The notes under the pieces were generated by a model. That model saw only the letters and a list, made by a program, of their open reading frames with translations. It did not search any database and was not told the origin of the DNA. Position numbers and translations under genes: made by a program. From an uncultured Pelagibacteraceae bacterium (GTDB lineage: Bacteria; Pseudomonadota; Alphaproteobacteria; Pelagibacterales; Pelagibacteraceae): a stretch of DNA of 64,000 nucleotides. The DNA is taken from assembly GCA_902518835.1 (NCBI GenBank), contig CABYHH010000001.1, positions 44,052-108,051 on the forward strand. The letters are read 5' to 3'. Of this stretch, positions 33,493-44,957 are shown piece after piece (positions within the stretch are counted from its first letter, which is position 1; each line of letters starts with the position of its first letter).

Positions 33493-33944
33493 TAAACTCT
33501 CCTTTTTTTTGGTGGTCTTGTGCCATTGTGAGGCATTGGTGTAGTGTCTTTAATAGATAAAATTCTAAAACCTCTTGCTTGCAAAGCTCTTAAAGCAGTT
33601 TCTCTACCTGATCCAGGGCCTTTAACTTCTACAGATAAAGTTTTCATTCCATATTCTAGAGCTTTAGATGCCGCAGCATCAGCAGCAATTTGTGCAGCAT
33701 ATGGCGTAGATTTTCTAGAGCCTTTGAAACCCTTTTGGCCCGCTGAAGCCCATGAGATTATATTTCCGTTTGTATCAGCTATTGAAATTATTGTGTTATT
33801 AAATGTGGATTGAACATACGCTACACCATTAAGAATATTTTTCTTAACTTTTTTTTTTTTTGAGTAAGAGCTTTTAACAGATTTTTTTACAAGTTTTTTT
33901 TCAGTTTTTTGATCTTTATTTTCAACTTTATCAGATTTAGACAT
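33492..33944 (-). CDS. rpsK: 30S ribosomal protein S11 (Lys-rich N-terminal extension)
   Basis: [26 protein letters not shown]. Confidence 0.97.
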   Translation of the reverse strand: MSKSDKVENKDQKTEKKLVKKSVKSSYSKKKKVKKNILNGVAYVQSTFNNTIISIADTNGNIISWASAGQKGFKGSRKSTPYAAQIAADAAASKALEYGMKTLSVEVKGPGSGRETALRALQARGFRILSIKDTTPMPHNGTRPPKKRRV

Positions 33945-33946
33945 AA

Positions 33947-34330
33947 TTATTTTTTAAGTGGAGTTAATTTTTTTCCTGCAATAGCAATCGCTTTACCTTT
34001 TCTTGTTCTTGCATTGCATCTGGTTCTTTGACCTCTCACTGGTAATTTTTTTCTATGTCTTGATCCTCTATAACATGCTAGATCGACCAGTCTTTTTATA
34101 CTTAAAGAAAAATCTCTACGTAAGTCGCCTTCAACCTTAAAATTTTGATCAATATACTCTCTTATTTTTAAGATTTCTTCATCTGTTAACTGATTAACCC
34201 TTTTATTTTTTGGAATTTCTAAAGATGAACAAATTTGATTAGAAAATTTATCTCCTATACCATAAATATATGTTAATCCTACGTGGACTAACTTGTTTTG
34301 TGGAATGTTAATACCTGCTATACGAGCCAT
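33947..34330 (-). CDS. rpsM: 30S ribosomal protein S13
   Basis: [14 protein letters not shown]. Confidence 0.97.
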   Translation of the reverse strand: MARIAGINIPQNKLVHVGLTYIYGIGDKFSNQICSSLEIPKNKRVNQLTDEEILKIREYIDQNFKVEGDLRRDFSLSIKRLVDLACYRGSRHRKKLPVRGQRTRCNARTRKGKAIAIAGKKLTPLKK

Positions 34331-34353
34331 AAATTTGTGATAAAATATGCCTT

Positions 34354-34381
34354 TTTATATAAGAAGTTCTTTTAATGTCAA
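34354..34381 (-). promoter_or_regulatory. putative sigma70 promoter of the alpha operon
   Basis: Minus strand TTGACA-16 nt-TATAAA in the adk-rpsM gap. Confidence 0.5.
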
Positions 34382-34385
34382 CGAC

Positions 34386-34949
34386 TTAAACGTTTATAAA
34401 TGCCTCAATTTTAGTAGTTATTTCGTTAATTTTTAAGTCTCCATCTATTTCGTAAAAATTTTTATTTTTAGAGTAGAAATCTAAAACTGGTTTAGTAGTT
34501 TCCATGTAAGTATCATACCTCTTTAAAATAGTGTCAAGATCATCATCTGATCTTTTTTCCAAAATTTTTCTTTTTTCAATCCTTTTTACTATTGTTTCTT
34601 TATTTACATTAAGAAAAAAAATAAAATCTATTTTTTGATTGGACTCATTCAGTAACACTTCTAAGTTCTTAGCCTGAGTTAAAGACCTTGGATATCCATC
34701 AAATACAAGTTTATTTTTTTTGGTTGAATCGAATATGACATTTTTTATTAGTTTATTTACAATTTCATCGTCCACAAACTTTCCGTCATTCATATTATTA
34801 ATTATTTTTTTTCCAATTTCGGAATTCTTTTGGATTTCATCTCTAAGCATATCACCAGTTGAAACTTGAAAATTGTTATAATTTTTTACAAAAAATTTTG
34901 CCTGCGTTCCTTTGCCGGCACCTGGAGGTCCAAATATAATTACGTTCAC
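34386..34949 (-). CDS. adk: adenylate kinase (short-LID type)
   Basis: GPPGAGKGTQ, STGDMLR, DGYPR, RSDD; GTG start. Confidence 0.95.
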   Translation of the reverse strand: MNVIIFGPPGAGKGTQAKFFVKNYNNFQVSTGDMLRDEIQKNSEIGKKIINNMNDGKFVDDEIVNKLIKNVIFDSTKKNKLVFDGYPRSLTQAKNLEVLLNESNQKIDFIFFLNVNKETIVKRIEKRKILEKRSDDDLDTILKRYDTYMETTKPVLDFYSKNKNFYEIDGDLKINEITTKIEAFINV

Positions 34950-34955
34950 TTTTAG

Positions 34956-36236
34956 TTATCTTCCAAACTTTGTTTTTTTGATAAGCTGTTCATACTGTGA
35001 GCTCATTAACCTGGTTTGAATCTGAGTCACAGTATCTATTGCAACAACAACTACTATCAAAATAGAAGTCCCGCCTAAATAAAAAGGGATAGGATAGTTC
35101 GCAATTAAAAATTCTGGCATTAAACATACTAATGTTAAATATAAAGCTCCTATCGTAGTCAATTTTGTAAGTATGTTTTCAATATAAATGGCAGTACTTT
35201 CACCTGGCCTTATTCCAGGAATAAATCCACCATATTTCCTCAGATTATCAGCTGTTTCATTTGGATTAAAAGTTATTGAGGTATAAAAAAAAGTGAAAAA
35301 AATTATTCCTGATGCGTATAAGAGCATGTAAAGAGGTTGTCCTTGTGTAAAATAAGAACTTATGTTTAAAAAAGTATCATTTTCAGAAAAATTAAAATTA
35401 GAGAATGTTACAGGTAACAATAATAATGCAGAAGCAAAAATTGCAGGTATTACTCCTGCTTGATTTATCTTTAAAGGTAAATGAGATGACTCACCTCCAT
35501 ACATTTTGTTTCCCATTTGTCTTTTTGGGTAATTAATTAATATTTTTCTTAAGGCTCTCTCCATAAAAACTATAAAAAGTACAGTTAATATTAATAAAAT
35601 AAATATTCCTATAATCATTAACGTTGATACTGCACCCGTTCGACCTAATTCAAATGTTGTTACTAAAGCTCTTGGAATTTCAGCAACTATTCCAGCAAAA
35701 ATTATTAGGGATATTCCATTACCTATCCCTCTCTGTGTAATTTGTTCTCCTAACCACATCAAAAAAATAGTACCAGCTACAATAGTTGTTACAGTGGAGA
35801 CTTTAAAAAAAATTCCTGGATTAATTACCAAGTCAGCTGATGACTCTAATCCAACAGCCAATCCATAGCCTTGAACAGTAGCAAGCAAAACAGTTCCATA
35901 TCGAGTGATTTGAGCAATCTTAGATCTTCCTGTTTCACCTTGAGCCTTTAGATTTTTGAAATAATCTGTAACTCCAGTCAAAAGTTGCACTATAATTGCT
36001 GAAGATATGTAGGGCATAATACCAAGTGCAAATATAGCCATTCTACTCACAGCTCCTCCTGCAAAGACATTAAACATTCCAAGTAATCCTTTTTGGTTAC
36101 TTTCCATCATAATTTTTAATTGATCTGGATCAATTCCTGGTAATGGAACAAATGTTCCAAATCTATAAACAGCCAGTATAGCAATTGTAAAAATTATTCT
36201 ATTTTTTAAGTCTGTATTTGATGATGTGGAGCTCAT
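34956..36236 (-). CDS. secY: preprotein translocase SecY
   Basis: FALGIMPYI, GIGNGISL, IPGIRPG, GGTSILI. Confidence 0.98.
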   Translation of the reverse strand: MSSTSSNTDLKNRIIFTIAILAVYRFGTFVPLPGIDPDQLKIMMESNQKGLLGMFNVFAGGAVSRMAIFALGIMPYISSAIIVQLLTGVTDYFKNLKAQGETGRSKIAQITRYGTVLLATVQGYGLAVGLESSADLVINPGIFFKVSTVTTIVAGTIFLMWLGEQITQRGIGNGISLIIFAGIVAEIPRALVTTFELGRTGAVSTLMIIGIFILLILTVLFIVFMERALRKILINYPKRQMGNKMYGGESSHLPLKINQAGVIPAIFASALLLLPVTFSNFNFSENDTFLNISSYFTQGQPLYMLLYASGIIFFTFFYTSITFNPNETADNLRKYGGFIPGIRPGESTAIYIENILTKLTTIGALYLTLVCLMPEFLIANYPIPFYLGGTSILIVVVVAIDTVTQIQTRLMSSQYEQLIKKTKFGR

Positions 36237-36242
36237 TTTAAA

Positions 36243-36695
36243 TTATTTTTTAATCTGTATAGAGCCACCTATTTTTTCTAATTTTTCAATAGCAGATTTT
36301 GAAGCTAAGTCAGTTTCAATATTTACTTTATCTTTAATTTCACCAGAACCTAGAATTTTTAATTTAGTATAACGTTTGTTAATTAATTTTAATTTCTTTA
36401 ACAATTCACTATTTATAATTTCTTTTGTGCCAATACTTTTTTTATTAATAAAAAATTGAATTTTATCTAAATTTAAAATTGCAATTTTATTTTTGTTTAG
36501 TGTATTAAATCCACGTTTTGGTAACCTTCTATATAATGGCATTTGCCCACCCTCAAAACTTTTTATAGCTACACCTGATCTTGATTTTTGTCCCTTAACT
36601 CCTCTACCAGAAGTCTTACCTTTACCTGAACCGATACCACGGCCGACCCTAATCTTACTTTTTTTTATCTTGAAAGTTTTGTTAAGTTTAATCAT
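36243..36695 (-). CDS. rplO: 50S ribosomal protein L15
   Basis: GRGIGSGKGKT, FEGGQMPLYRRLPKRGF. Confidence 0.97.
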   Translation of the reverse strand: MIKLNKTFKIKKSKIRVGRGIGSGKGKTSGRGVKGQKSRSGVAIKSFEGGQMPLYRRLPKRGFNTLNKNKIAILNLDKIQFFINKKSIGTKEIINSELLKKLKLINKRYTKLKILGSGEIKDKVNIETDLASKSAIEKLEKIGGSIQIKK

Positions 36696-37207
36696 TAGCC
36701 TCTTTTTTCAATAATTTCAGAAATCTTTTTGTTTCTAATTGAAGATATCTGTTTTGGAGAATTTTGTTTAAGTAATGCTTTCATTGTTGCCCTAATAACA
36801 TTATGTGCATTCGATGTACCCATTGATTTAGCAACTATGTCTTTTACTCCTAAAACTTCACAAACAGCTCTGACAGGACCACCAGCGATAATACCTGTTC
36901 CCTTGGATGCTGCTCTTAAAACTATCTTTCCAGAACCCTCTTTTGCTTTAACATCGTGATGAATGGTTCTGCCCTCTCTTAAGGGTATATGTATTAATTT
37001 CCTTCTTGCCATTTCATTAGCTTTTTTTATAGCATCAGGAACTTGCTTTGCTTTTGCGTGCGCAATACCAATTTTACCAGCTTGATTCCCTACAACAACT
37101 AAGGCAGAAAAACCAAATCTTCTTCCTCCTTTGACTACTTTAGTAATTCTATTTATATGAACAAGTTTTTCTAAAATATCGTCAGTTTTTTTTTCTTTAT
37201 AATCCAT
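36695..37207 (-). CDS. rpsE: 30S ribosomal protein S5
   Basis: KVVKGGRRFGF, GTGIIAGG; ATG at 37207. Confidence 0.97.
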   Translation of the reverse strand: MDYKEKKTDDILEKLVHINRITKVVKGGRRFGFSALVVVGNQAGKIGIAHAKAKQVPDAIKKANEMARRKLIHIPLREGRTIHHDVKAKEGSGKIVLRAASKGTGIIAGGPVRAVCEVLGVKDIVAKSMGTSNAHNVIRATMKALLKQNSPKQISSIRNKKISEIIEKRG

Positions 37208-37208
37208 T

Positions 37209-37568
37209 TCAAAAATCCATTCCATTTTTGCGAAGAGTCTCTGCAAAAACTTTTACCCTTCCATGGTATTTATAGCCTGATCTATCAAAGAAAATTTTAT
37301 TTATTTTTTTCTCGTTCGCTTTTTTTGCTAATTTTTCTGCAACAATTTTTGATAATTCTGTTTTGTTAACTTTTGTACCAGATTTAATGTCTTTTTCGAC
37401 TGAGGATGCAGAAATTAATGTTATATTTTTTGTATCATCTATTATTTGGGCAGAAATATTTTTTGATGATCTTGAAATTGACAATCTAAATCTATTTTTA
37501 CCATGAACTTTTTTTAGTTTATTTCTTACTCTAAATATCTTTCTCTTATTTGTATCTAATTTCATCAT
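37209..37568 (-). CDS. rplR: 50S ribosomal protein L18
   Basis: [12 protein letters not shown]. Confidence 0.96.
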   Translation of the reverse strand: MMKLDTNKRKIFRVRNKLKKVHGKNRFRLSISRSSKNISAQIIDDTKNITLISASSVEKDIKSGTKVNKTELSKIVAEKLAKKANEKKINKIFFDRSGYKYHGRVKVFAETLRKNGMDF

Positions 37569-38104
37569 TTTTTCTTACCTTCTTTTTTTAAAATATGTTG
37601 ACCTTTTTCTCTTACTCCTTTTCCTTTATAAGGCTCAATTTTTCTTAAGGTTTTAAGTTTCGATGCCACAGACCCAACTTGTTGCTTATCTATACCTGTT
37701 ATCTTTAAAGTTGTCTGTTTTTCTACAGAAATTTTTATCCCCTCAGGAATATCAAAATTTATATCATGACTATAGCCTAATTGCAGATTTAATTGAGTTC
37801 CTTTGATTGACGCTCTGTATCCTACTCCAACTAATTCTAAAACTTTTTCATACCCATTAGATGATCCCATGATTGCATTATTTATTAAACTTCTTTTCAT
37901 TCCCCATATTCTTTTAATTTCTTGATCAATTTTTTTTGGTGCTATTGAAATTTCTTTACCTTCTTTGATATCTAAATTAAATAGATTAAGATCAATATTT
38001 AAAGTTTTTTTACCTTCAGGTCCTTCAATATTTAAAGTATTGCCGGATAAAGCTACTTTTACTTTTTCTGGGATTGAAATATTCATTTTACCGATTTTAG
38101 ACAT
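37565..38104 (-). CDS. rplF: 50S ribosomal protein L6
   Basis: GVGYRA, EPYKGKG. Confidence 0.97.
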   Translation of the reverse strand: MSKIGKMNISIPEKVKVALSGNTLNIEGPEGKKTLNIDLNLFNLDIKEGKEISIAPKKIDQEIKRIWGMKRSLINNAIMGSSNGYEKVLELVGVGYRASIKGTQLNLQLGYSHDINFDIPEGIKISVEKQTTLKITGIDKQQVGSVASKLKTLRKIEPYKGKGVREKGQHILKKEGKKK

Positions 38105-38499
38105 TAAAATACCTTACAGATTATTTCACCACCAACTCTTTGTTTTCTAGCATCTATATCGGTCATCACCCCTTTTGGTGTAGAAACTATAGCAATACCT
38201 AAACCATTATTTATTTTGGGTAATCCATCTGCACTAGAGAAAATTCTTCTTCCAGGTTTTGACACTCTTTCAAAATTACTTATAACCGGGTTACCATAAT
38301 GATACTTTAATTCTAAAGATAATTTTGGTTTTTTATTTTCCTCGTTTACTTCGAAGTGTTTAATGAAACCCTCATTTTTTAATATTCCAGCTATTTTCAC
38401 TTTAAAATTTGAGGACGGTAATTCGACTCTTTTATGATTTCTACTTTGAGCATTTTTAACTCTTGCTATCATATCTCCAATTGGGTCACTTAAACTCAT
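38104..38499 (-). CDS. rpsH: 30S ribosomal protein S8
   Basis: DPIGDMI, SKPGRR, STPKG. Confidence 0.97.
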   Translation of the reverse strand: MSLSDPIGDMIARVKNAQSRNHKRVELPSSNFKVKIAGILKNEGFIKHFEVNEENKKPKLSLELKYHYGNPVISNFERVSKPGRRIFSSADGLPKINNGLGIAIVSTPKGVMTDIDARKQRVGGEIICKVF

Positions 38500-38509
38500 A
38501 TTATCCTTT

Positions 38510-38815
38510 CTACCAACTTGATTTAACTAGACCTGGTATCTTTCCTTGCAATCCAAGTTGTCTTAATGCAATTCTAGATATTTTTAATTTTCTATAAACC
38601 CCATGAGGTCTTCCTGTTATTTGACAACGATTCATTACTCTTGTTTTTGAAGAATTTCTTGGTAATTTTGATAATTTTTGTTGTGCTTTAAATCTTTCCT
38701 CAAAAGGAAGTTTTTTGTTCATAAGAATTTTTTTGAGTTTTTCTCTTTTTTTGTAAAATCTATCAGAAAGTTTAATTCTTTTATTATTTTTGTTAATTGA
38801 GCTTAATTTAGCCAT
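38510..38815 (-). CDS. rpsN: 30S ribosomal protein S14 (long, Zn-independent type)
   Basis: NRCQITGRPHG, IPGLVKSSW. Confidence 0.97.
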   Translation of the reverse strand: MAKLSSINKNNKRIKLSDRFYKKREKLKKILMNKKLPFEERFKAQQKLSKLPRNSSKTRVMNRCQITGRPHGVYRKLKISRIALRQLGLQGKIPGLVKSSW

Positions 38816-38816
38816 T

Positions 38817-39371
38817 TTAATTTTCTCCTTTTTTTATAAATGGAAAGTTAAACTTTTCTAATAGGGCCAAACTTTGATCCTTACTCTTTGAGGAAATAAC
38901 AATTGTTATGTCTAATCCTCTAACTTTATCTGCTCTATCAAAACTTACCTCTGGGAAAATAATATGTTCTTTAATCCCAAAAGTATAATTACCAAATTTA
39001 TCAAATCCATTTCTAGAAAGTCCTCTAAAATCCTTTATTCTTGGCAAAGCAATATTTACAAGTCTATCAATAAACTCATACATTTTATCTTTTCTTAGTG
39101 TCACCTTAAGACCAGCATTCGTTCCTTTTCTGGTCTTAAAATTTGCAACCGATTTCTTAAATTTTGTTACCATCGGTTTTTGTCCTGTAATCTTAGCTAA
39201 ATCATCATCTAATGATTTTAAAGTTTTTGAGTCATTTCCATCAACTCCTAATCCTATGTTTAAAACTACTTTTTTTATTTTTGGACCCATGTATAAATTT
39301 TTTAATCCAAATTGTGTTTTTAAAGCAGGTTGAATCTCTTTATAGTATAAATCTTTTAATCTTGGTGTCAT
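38817..39371 (-). CDS. rplE: 50S ribosomal protein L5
   Basis: ITGQKP, LPRIKDFRG, IFPE. Confidence 0.97.
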   Translation of the reverse strand: MTPRLKDLYYKEIQPALKTQFGLKNLYMGPKIKKVVLNIGLGVDGNDSKTLKSLDDDLAKITGQKPMVTKFKKSVANFKTRKGTNAGLKVTLRKDKMYEFIDRLVNIALPRIKDFRGLSRNGFDKFGNYTFGIKEHIIFPEVSFDRADKVRGLDITIVISSKSKDQSLALLEKFNFPFIKKGEN

Positions 39372-39619
39372 TATTTCTTAGCCTCACTTTTTTTACTTTT
39401 TGCTTTTTCATCTAATAATTTTAAATTTGAAAGATGGATAAAACTTTCTTTTGAAATTATACCACCTTTTTTTTCTTTTGTGGTTTTGACATGTTTTTTT
39501 ACCATATTAATTTCTTTTACCTTTGCTCTATTATTTGTTCTATCAATCTCTATAACTTCACCTTCTTTTTTTTTATCTTTTCCAACAAGAATACGAACTT
39601 TTAATCCTTTTTTAATCAT
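39371..39619 (-). CDS. rplX: 50S ribosomal protein L24 (short)
   Basis: KOW motif [24 protein letters not shown]. Confidence 0.94.
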   Translation of the reverse strand: MIKKGLKVRILVGKDKKKEGEVIEIDRTNNRAKVKEINMVKKHVKTTKEKKGGIISKESFIHLSNLKLLDEKAKSKKSEAKK

Positions 39620-39987
39620 TATAAAACCTCTGGAGCTAATGAAATTATTTTCATCTGCCCTCTATTTCTTAATTCTCTTGTAACTGGTCCAAAAATTCTT
39701 GTTCCAACTGGTTCACCTTTATCGTCAACGAGCACTGCAGCATTATTATCAAATTTTACTTTTGATCCATCCTCTCTATGAATTCCTTTTTTTACTCTTA
39801 CAACAACTGCCTTATGTACTGATCCTTTTTTAACTTTGCCTTTTGGAATAGCTTCTTTTACAGCTATTACAATCGTATCACCAATGCTAGCATATCTTCT
39901 CTTGGAGCCACCCAAAACTTTAATACATTCTATTTTTTTCGCTCCAGTATTGTCTGCAACTAATAATTCCGTTTGAACTTGTATCAT
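39619..39987 (-). CDS. rplN: 50S ribosomal protein L14
   Basis: [23 protein letters not shown]. Confidence 0.98.
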   Translation of the reverse strand: MIQVQTELLVADNTGAKKIECIKVLGGSKRRYASIGDTIVIAVKEAIPKGKVKKGSVHKAVVVRVKKGIHREDGSKVKFDNNAAVLVDDKGEPVGTRIFGPVTRELRNRGQMKIISLAPEVL

Positions 39988-40220
39988 TTAGAGGTCTCCA
40001 TTACTTTAAATTTTTTATTTTTTGAAAATGGTTTACTCTCAATAATAGAAACTTTGTCACCAGTCTTAAAAGTATTGTTTTCATCATGAGCATTATATTT
40101 CTTTTTTACTTTTATAACTTTTTTTAGTAATGGATGTGAATATTTTCTTTCAACAATAACTGTAATTGTTTTACTAGGTTTATCACTTACAACGACTCCG
40201 GTTAAAATTTTCTTAGGCAT
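39984..40220 (-). CDS. rpsQ: 30S ribosomal protein S17
   Basis: GVVVSDK..KTI, HP, AHDE. Confidence 0.96.
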   Translation of the reverse strand: MPKKILTGVVVSDKPSKTITVIVERKYSHPLLKKVIKVKKKYNAHDENNTFKTGDKVSIIESKPFSKNKKFKVMETSK

Positions 40221-40404
40221 TTGATTTCCTTTTCAAATAGGTTTTTAATCTAGCTATATTTTTTTTTGTTTCACTTATTTGAGCTGGGTTACTAACCTGG
40301 GAATTTATTTTTTGAAATCTAAAATTAAATAAGTCTTTTTTAAACTTTTCAATATTCTTTAAAGCTTCGTCTTTGGATAATTTTTTAAAATCTTGTTTTT
40401 TCAT
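40213..40404 (-). CDS. rpmC: 50S ribosomal protein L29
   Basis: LFNFRFQ...KKNIARLKT; position between rplP and rpsQ. Confidence 0.92.
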   Translation of the reverse strand: MKKQDFKKLSKDEALKNIEKFKKDLFNFRFQKINSQVSNPAQISETKKNIARLKTYLKRKSNA

Positions 40405-40814
40405 TATGCAAACCTTTTTATAGTTTTTGTTTTAATTGGTAATTTTGCTGATGCTTTGTAGAGTGCTTCTTTAGCTATTTGTTCAGATACACCATCAACT
40501 TCAAATAAAATCCTTCCTGGTTTTACTCTGCAAGCATAAAACTCTGGAGATCCTTTGCCCTTACCCATTCTTACTTCAATTGGTTTTTTTGAGACAGGAA
40601 TATTTGGAAAAATTCTTGTCCATACTCTACCTTGCCTTTTCATATGTCTAGTTAAAGCAACTCTCGCTGCTTCGATTTGTTTTCCAGTTACCCTATCGGG
40701 CGATAGTGCTTTTAATGCATATGCACCATAATTAATAAAATTTGCTCTTGAAGCTGTCCCATGTATTCTTCCCTTATGAGCTTTTCTCCATTTTGTTCTT
40801 ACTGGTTGTAACAT
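40404..40814 (-). CDS. rplP: 50S ribosomal protein L16
   Basis: MLQP, RMGKGKG, KLPIKT. Confidence 0.97.
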   Translation of the reverse strand: MLQPVRTKWRKAHKGRIHGTASRANFINYGAYALKALSPDRVTGKQIEAARVALTRHMKRQGRVWTRIFPNIPVSKKPIEVRMGKGKGSPEFYACRVKPGRILFEVDGVSEQIAKEALYKASAKLPIKTKTIKRFA

Positions 40815-40817
40815 TTT

Positions 40818-41495
40818 TTATTTTTCCTCTTTTTGAATCACTTTATTTGTTTCTTGGCTAAATTCTTTTGCAAAAACTTCACCTTTATATATCCATACTT
40901 TAATACCAATTATTCCATAAGTTGTCAGAGCTTCAGCCTCTGCATAATCAATGTCTGCTCTTAAAGTATGTGACGGTATACTTCCATCCCTTAACCATTC
41001 GGTACGAGCGATTTCATTGCCACCTAATCTTCCACTAATTGAAACTTTAATTCCTTTCGCTCCTAATCTTAAGCACGATTGCATTGCTCGTTTCATTGCC
41101 CTTCTATAAGATATTCTTTTAACAAGTTGTTGAGCTATATTTTCGGCAACCAAGAATGAATTTGTCTCAGGTTTTTTAACTTCTTTAATATTTAATGTTA
41201 CCTCATTTGTTGTAAATTTTGATAAATTATTTTTTATTTTATCAATATCACTTCCTTTTTTTCCAATTACAAATCCAGGCCTTGAAGTATAAATTGTTAC
41301 ATAACATTTATTAGCAGTTCTTTCGATCATAACTTTAGATACACCTGAGTTAATAACATTCTTTTTTATGTATTCTCTGATTTTAAAATCCTCAATTAAG
41401 TAATTACCGAAATCTTTCTTCTTTGCATACCAAACAGAGTCCCAACCTCTATTTACCCCTAGTCTGAACCCAACTGGATTAACTTTTTGTCCCAT
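40818..41495 (-). CDS. rpsC: 30S ribosomal protein S3
   Basis: [31 protein letters not shown]. Confidence 0.98.
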   Translation of the reverse strand: MGQKVNPVGFRLGVNRGWDSVWYAKKKDFGNYLIEDFKIREYIKKNVINSGVSKVMIERTANKCYVTIYTSRPGFVIGKKGSDIDKIKNNLSKFTTNEVTLNIKEVKKPETNSFLVAENIAQQLVKRISYRRAMKRAMQSCLRLGAKGIKVSISGRLGGNEIARTEWLRDGSIPSHTLRADIDYAEAEALTTYGIIGIKVWIYKGEVFAKEFSQETNKVIQKEEK

Positions 41496-41877
41496 GACTC
41501 TCCATTTTTTTAATTTCAGATAAAATTATCGTAACACTTGAATAAGGTTTAAGAATTGGCGCTGCTCTTCCTTTTGCTCTAGGTCTAAACCTTTTCATTA
41601 TAATTTTTTTTCCACAGTAAGCTTCCTTTACGATTAATTTATCGATATCATATTGAAAATTATTTTCAGCATTTGCTACAGCAGAGCTAATTGTTTTTTT
41701 TATATCTTTAGAAATTCTTTTTTCTGAAAATTCAAGATCTCTTATTGCTGTATCCACTTTTTTGCCAACTATATCTTTTAAAATTGGATTAAGCTTTCTT
41801 ACACTAGACCTAATGTTATTATTCACAGATCTTACAATTTTTTCTTTATTCTTTAATACTTGTTTTTTTTTAATCAT
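41479..41877 (-). CDS. rplV: 50S ribosomal protein L22
   Basis: [20 protein letters not shown]. Confidence 0.96.
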   Translation of the reverse strand: MIKKKQVLKNKEKIVRSVNNNIRSSVRKLNPILKDIVGKKVDTAIRDLEFSEKRISKDIKKTISSAVANAENNFQYDIDKLIVKEAYCGKKIIMKRFRPRAKGRAAPILKPYSSVTIILSEIKKMESHGTKS

Positions 41878-41879
41878 AA

Positions 41880-42179
41880 TTATTTCTTCTCTTCAGCTTC
41901 TGCTGGTTTAGCTTTTTTATCTGCAGGTGTATGACCAAAAAAAGTTCTTGTAGGTGCAAACTCACCTAATTTATGACCCACCATATCTTCAGATATAGTA
42001 ATTGGAATGAATTTTTTTCCATTATAAATTAAAAAACTTACACCAACAAAATCTGGGATTATTGTAGATTTTCTTGACCAAGTTTTGATAGGTATTTTTT
42101 TTGAGTCGATTTTATATTTGTCTACTTTTTTTATAAGATTTTGTTCAACAAATGGTCCCTTCCAAACTGCTCTAGCCAT
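41880..42179 (-). CDS. rpsS: 30S ribosomal protein S19
   Basis: [18 protein letters not shown]. Confidence 0.97.
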   Translation of the reverse strand: MARAVWKGPFVEQNLIKKVDKYKIDSKKIPIKTWSRKSTIIPDFVGVSFLIYNGKKFIPITISEDMVGHKLGEFAPTRTFFGHTPADKKAKPAEAEEKK

Positions 42180-43018
42180 TATTTAGTATCCTTTCTTTTA
42201 TTTCTTCTTTTCACAATATATTTATCAGTTCTTTTATTATCTCTAGTTTTTAAACCTTTGGCTGATTGACCTTTGGGTGATACTGGATGTCTTCCACCTG
42301 CAGATTTTCCTTCTCCACCACCATGTGGATGATCAACAGGATTTTTAACAACACCTCTTGTATGAGGTCTTCTTCCTAGCCATCTAGATCTACCTGCTTT
42401 TCCAATTTTAATATTTTTTTGGTCTGGATTACTTAGAACACCTATTGTTGCTAAAGCTCTAGAATCAATTCTTCTTACTTCACCAGATGTAAGTTTAATT
42501 AAACTGTAGTTTCCATCTAGGCCACTAATAGTTACTGAAGTTCCAGCTGAACGAGCTATTTTTCCTCCACCTCCCGGTTGAATTTCAACATTATGAATAT
42601 CTATACCTACTGGAATATCCTGAAGTGGCATACAATTTCCAATTTTAATCTCTTTTTTAGAACCGTTCTCGATCTTATCACCTACTTTAATCTTTTGCGG
42701 AGCTAAATAGTAAAAGTGAGAGTTATCCTCAAATTTTACTAACATAATGTAACAAGATCTGTTTGGATCATACTCTATTCTTTGAACAGTAGCAGTCATA
42801 TCGTTTTTTTTTCTATAAAAATCTACGTGCCTGTACATCTTCTTATGTCCACCAGCTCTATTTATTGATGTAATCCTTCCATAATTATTTCTACCTTTCA
42901 TAGAATTTTTTGATGATACTAATTGTTTGAAAGGTTTACCTTTCCAAAGACCATCTCTATCTACAAGAATAGTTCCTCTAGATGACTTTGTATAAGGTTT
43001 AAAAGTTTTAAGTGCCAT
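42179..43018 (-). CDS. rplB: 50S ribosomal protein L2
   Basis: [20 protein letters not shown]. Confidence 0.98.
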   Translation of the reverse strand: MALKTFKPYTKSSRGTILVDRDGLWKGKPFKQLVSSKNSMKGRNNYGRITSINRAGGHKKMYRHVDFYRKKNDMTATVQRIEYDPNRSCYIMLVKFEDNSHFYYLAPQKIKVGDKIENGSKKEIKIGNCMPLQDIPVGIDIHNVEIQPGGGGKIARSAGTSVTISGLDGNYSLIKLTSGEVRRIDSRALATIGVLSNPDQKNIKIGKAGRSRWLGRRPHTRGVVKNPVDHPHGGGEGKSAGGRHPVSPKGQSAKGLKTRDNKRTDKYIVKRRNKRKDTK

Positions 43019-43019
43019 T

Positions 43020-43313
43020 TTAAATTCCAGTTGTTAAGTCAATACTTTGACCCTTTTTAAGTGTGATTATAGCTTTTTTATATCCGGAAACTTTATTTTT
43101 CTTTCCTCGAGTCAATTTAATCCTACTTTTTTTATTAATAATATTTATTTTAGTTACATTAACTTTGAAGATTTTTTCAATATTACTTTTTAAATTTTTC
43201 TTATTTGAACCATTTGGAACTTTAAAAACAATCTTATTTTGTTCAGACAAATTCGTTGATTTTTCAGTCACAAGGGGAGATATAATTTTATCAAATAAAT
43301 GTAATTTATTCAT
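43020..43313 (-). CDS. rplW: 50S ribosomal protein L23
   Basis: TEKS, KKAIITL. Confidence 0.95.
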   Translation of the reverse strand: MNKLHLFDKIISPLVTEKSTNLSEQNKIVFKVPNGSNKKNLKSNIEKIFKVNVTKINIINKKSRIKLTRGKKNKVSGYKKAIITLKKGQSIDLTTGI

Positions 43314-43936
43314 TAACTATATCTCTTTTCTAGTTCCTTAACTGAACTTTCTGTAAAAACAATTTTTTTAAATTTAATTAAATCAAAAGCACTGAAATGG
43401 TTTACATCAGTAACTTTTAGATTTGGAATATTTCTAATTGATTTTTCAACTTTCTCTTTAGAAGATTTATCTAATATTATTAAAGAATTTGATATTTCAA
43501 ACTTTTTAAGTATTGTATGCATCTCTTTTGTTTTTTTAATTTCAGAGCTAAAATCATTTAAAACTAATAAATTTTTATCTTGAATTTTTTCACTCATAAG
43601 CGATGCAATACTATTTTTCTTTTCACTTTTATTTAATTTTCTCTTTTTATAAGATAATCTTCCTTTAGGACCATGAGCTACACCTCCACCTACAAATATT
43701 GGTGCTTTTTTACTTGCATGCCTTGCATTACCAGTTCCTTTTTGTGCATAAATTTTTGATGTTGGTCCAGAAACCTCATTCTGTTGTTTTGTTTTTGCGT
43801 ATCTGCCTTTATAGTTTGCATTAGTTTTGTACAGAACGCTGCTCACAAGTTTATTATTAACCTTTGCAGAAAATATTTTATCAAGCACCTCAATCGAACT
43901 TTTTTTTCCATCTAGATGTAACTTTTCAATTTTCAT
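43313..43936 (-). CDS. rplD: 50S ribosomal protein L4
   Basis: QKGTGNARH, GGGVAHGP. Confidence 0.96.
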   Translation of the reverse strand: MKIEKLHLDGKKSSIEVLDKIFSAKVNNKLVSSVLYKTNANYKGRYAKTKQQNEVSGPTSKIYAQKGTGNARHASKKAPIFVGGGVAHGPKGRLSYKKRKLNKSEKKNSIASLMSEKIQDKNLLVLNDFSSEIKKTKEMHTILKKFEISNSLIILDKSSKEKVEKSIRNIPNLKVTDVNHFSAFDLIKFKKIVFTESSVKELEKRYS

Positions 43937-44646
43937 TATTTTTTCTTTTTATCTGGAGTTTTTTTTGCCTCTTCTGCAATTTTAATTTTTTCTTTAATAG
44001 TTTTTTTTCTTATATTCTTTACAGATTCTTTTACTATTACTTCAGTATTTTTAGATCCAGGAATTGAACCCTTTAAATAAAGTAGATCATTTTCTATATC
44101 AGTCTTTATAACTTCTATATTTTGCATAGTTCTTAATTTATCTCCCATGTGACCAGCCATTTTTTTTCCTTTAAAAACTTTACCTGGATCTTGTCTTTGT
44201 CCAGTTGACCCATGTGATCTATGAGATATTGAAACACCGTGACTTGCTCTTAAACCACCAAAATTATGCCTTTTCATTGCTCCAGCAAATCCTTTTCCAA
44301 TAGTTTTAGATCGTGTATCAACAAATTTTGTATCCTTAAAAATCTCAATTCCAAATTCATTTCCTTCTTTAAAATTTTGAGTATCTAAAACTCTAAATTC
44401 TTTTAATCTTTTTTTTGCCTCAGTATTTTTCTTAGCAAAAAAACCTTTCATTGATTTAGTAAGTTTAGAATTTTTTATTTTTCCGTAGCCAAGTTGAATA
44501 GCTTTATACCCTCTCTTTTCCTCATTGATAACCTCGATAACTCTTGCTTTTTCCATTTTGATAACAGTTACTGGCACTAATTGACCAGACTTATAAAATT
44601 CTCTTGTCATACCAATTTTTCTTCCAATTAAAGCAATCTCAATCAT
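43936..44646 (-). CDS. rplC: 50S ribosomal protein L3
   Basis: [26 protein letters not shown]. Confidence 0.97.
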   Translation of the reverse strand: MIEIALIGRKIGMTREFYKSGQLVPVTVIKMEKARVIEVINEEKRGYKAIQLGYGKIKNSKLTKSMKGFFAKKNTEAKKRLKEFRVLDTQNFKEGNEFGIEIFKDTKFVDTRSKTIGKGFAGAMKRHNFGGLRASHGVSISHRSHGSTGQRQDPGKVFKGKKMAGHMGDKLRTMQNIEVIKTDIENDLLYLKGSIPGSKNTEVIVKESVKNIRKKTIKEKIKIAEEAKKTPDKKKK

Positions 44647-44647
44647 T

Positions 44648-44956
44648 TTATATCTTAATCTCCACGTCTACTCCTGAAGCTAGATCGAGTTTCATCAATG
44701 CTTCAACAGTCTGTGGCGTTGGTTCAATAATATCTATAAGTCTTTTATGGGTCCTAGACTCAAATTGTTCTCTGCTTTTTTTATCTATATGAGGTGATCT
44801 TAAAACTGTATATCTTTCAATTTTTGTTGGTAGTGGTATAGGTCCTTTTATTGTTGCACCTGTTCTTTTCACGGTGTTAACTATTTCCTCAGTTGATGCA
44901 TCTAATATTTTATTATCATAAGCTCTCAATTTTATTCTTATATTTTGTTTATCCAT
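44648..44956 (-). CDS. rpsJ: 30S ribosomal protein S10
   Basis: [22 protein letters not shown]; ATG at 44956. Confidence 0.97.
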   Translation of the reverse strand: MDKQNIRIKLRAYDNKILDASTEEIVNTVKRTGATIKGPIPLPTKIERYTVLRSPHIDKKSREQFESRTHKRLIDIIEPTPQTVEALMKLDLASGVDVEIKI

Positions 44957-44957
44957 T

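Noticed and set aside
34386-34949. Truncated adk pseudogene
   Set aside because: Short-LID adenylate kinases are a known intact class, and the catalytic motifs are present.
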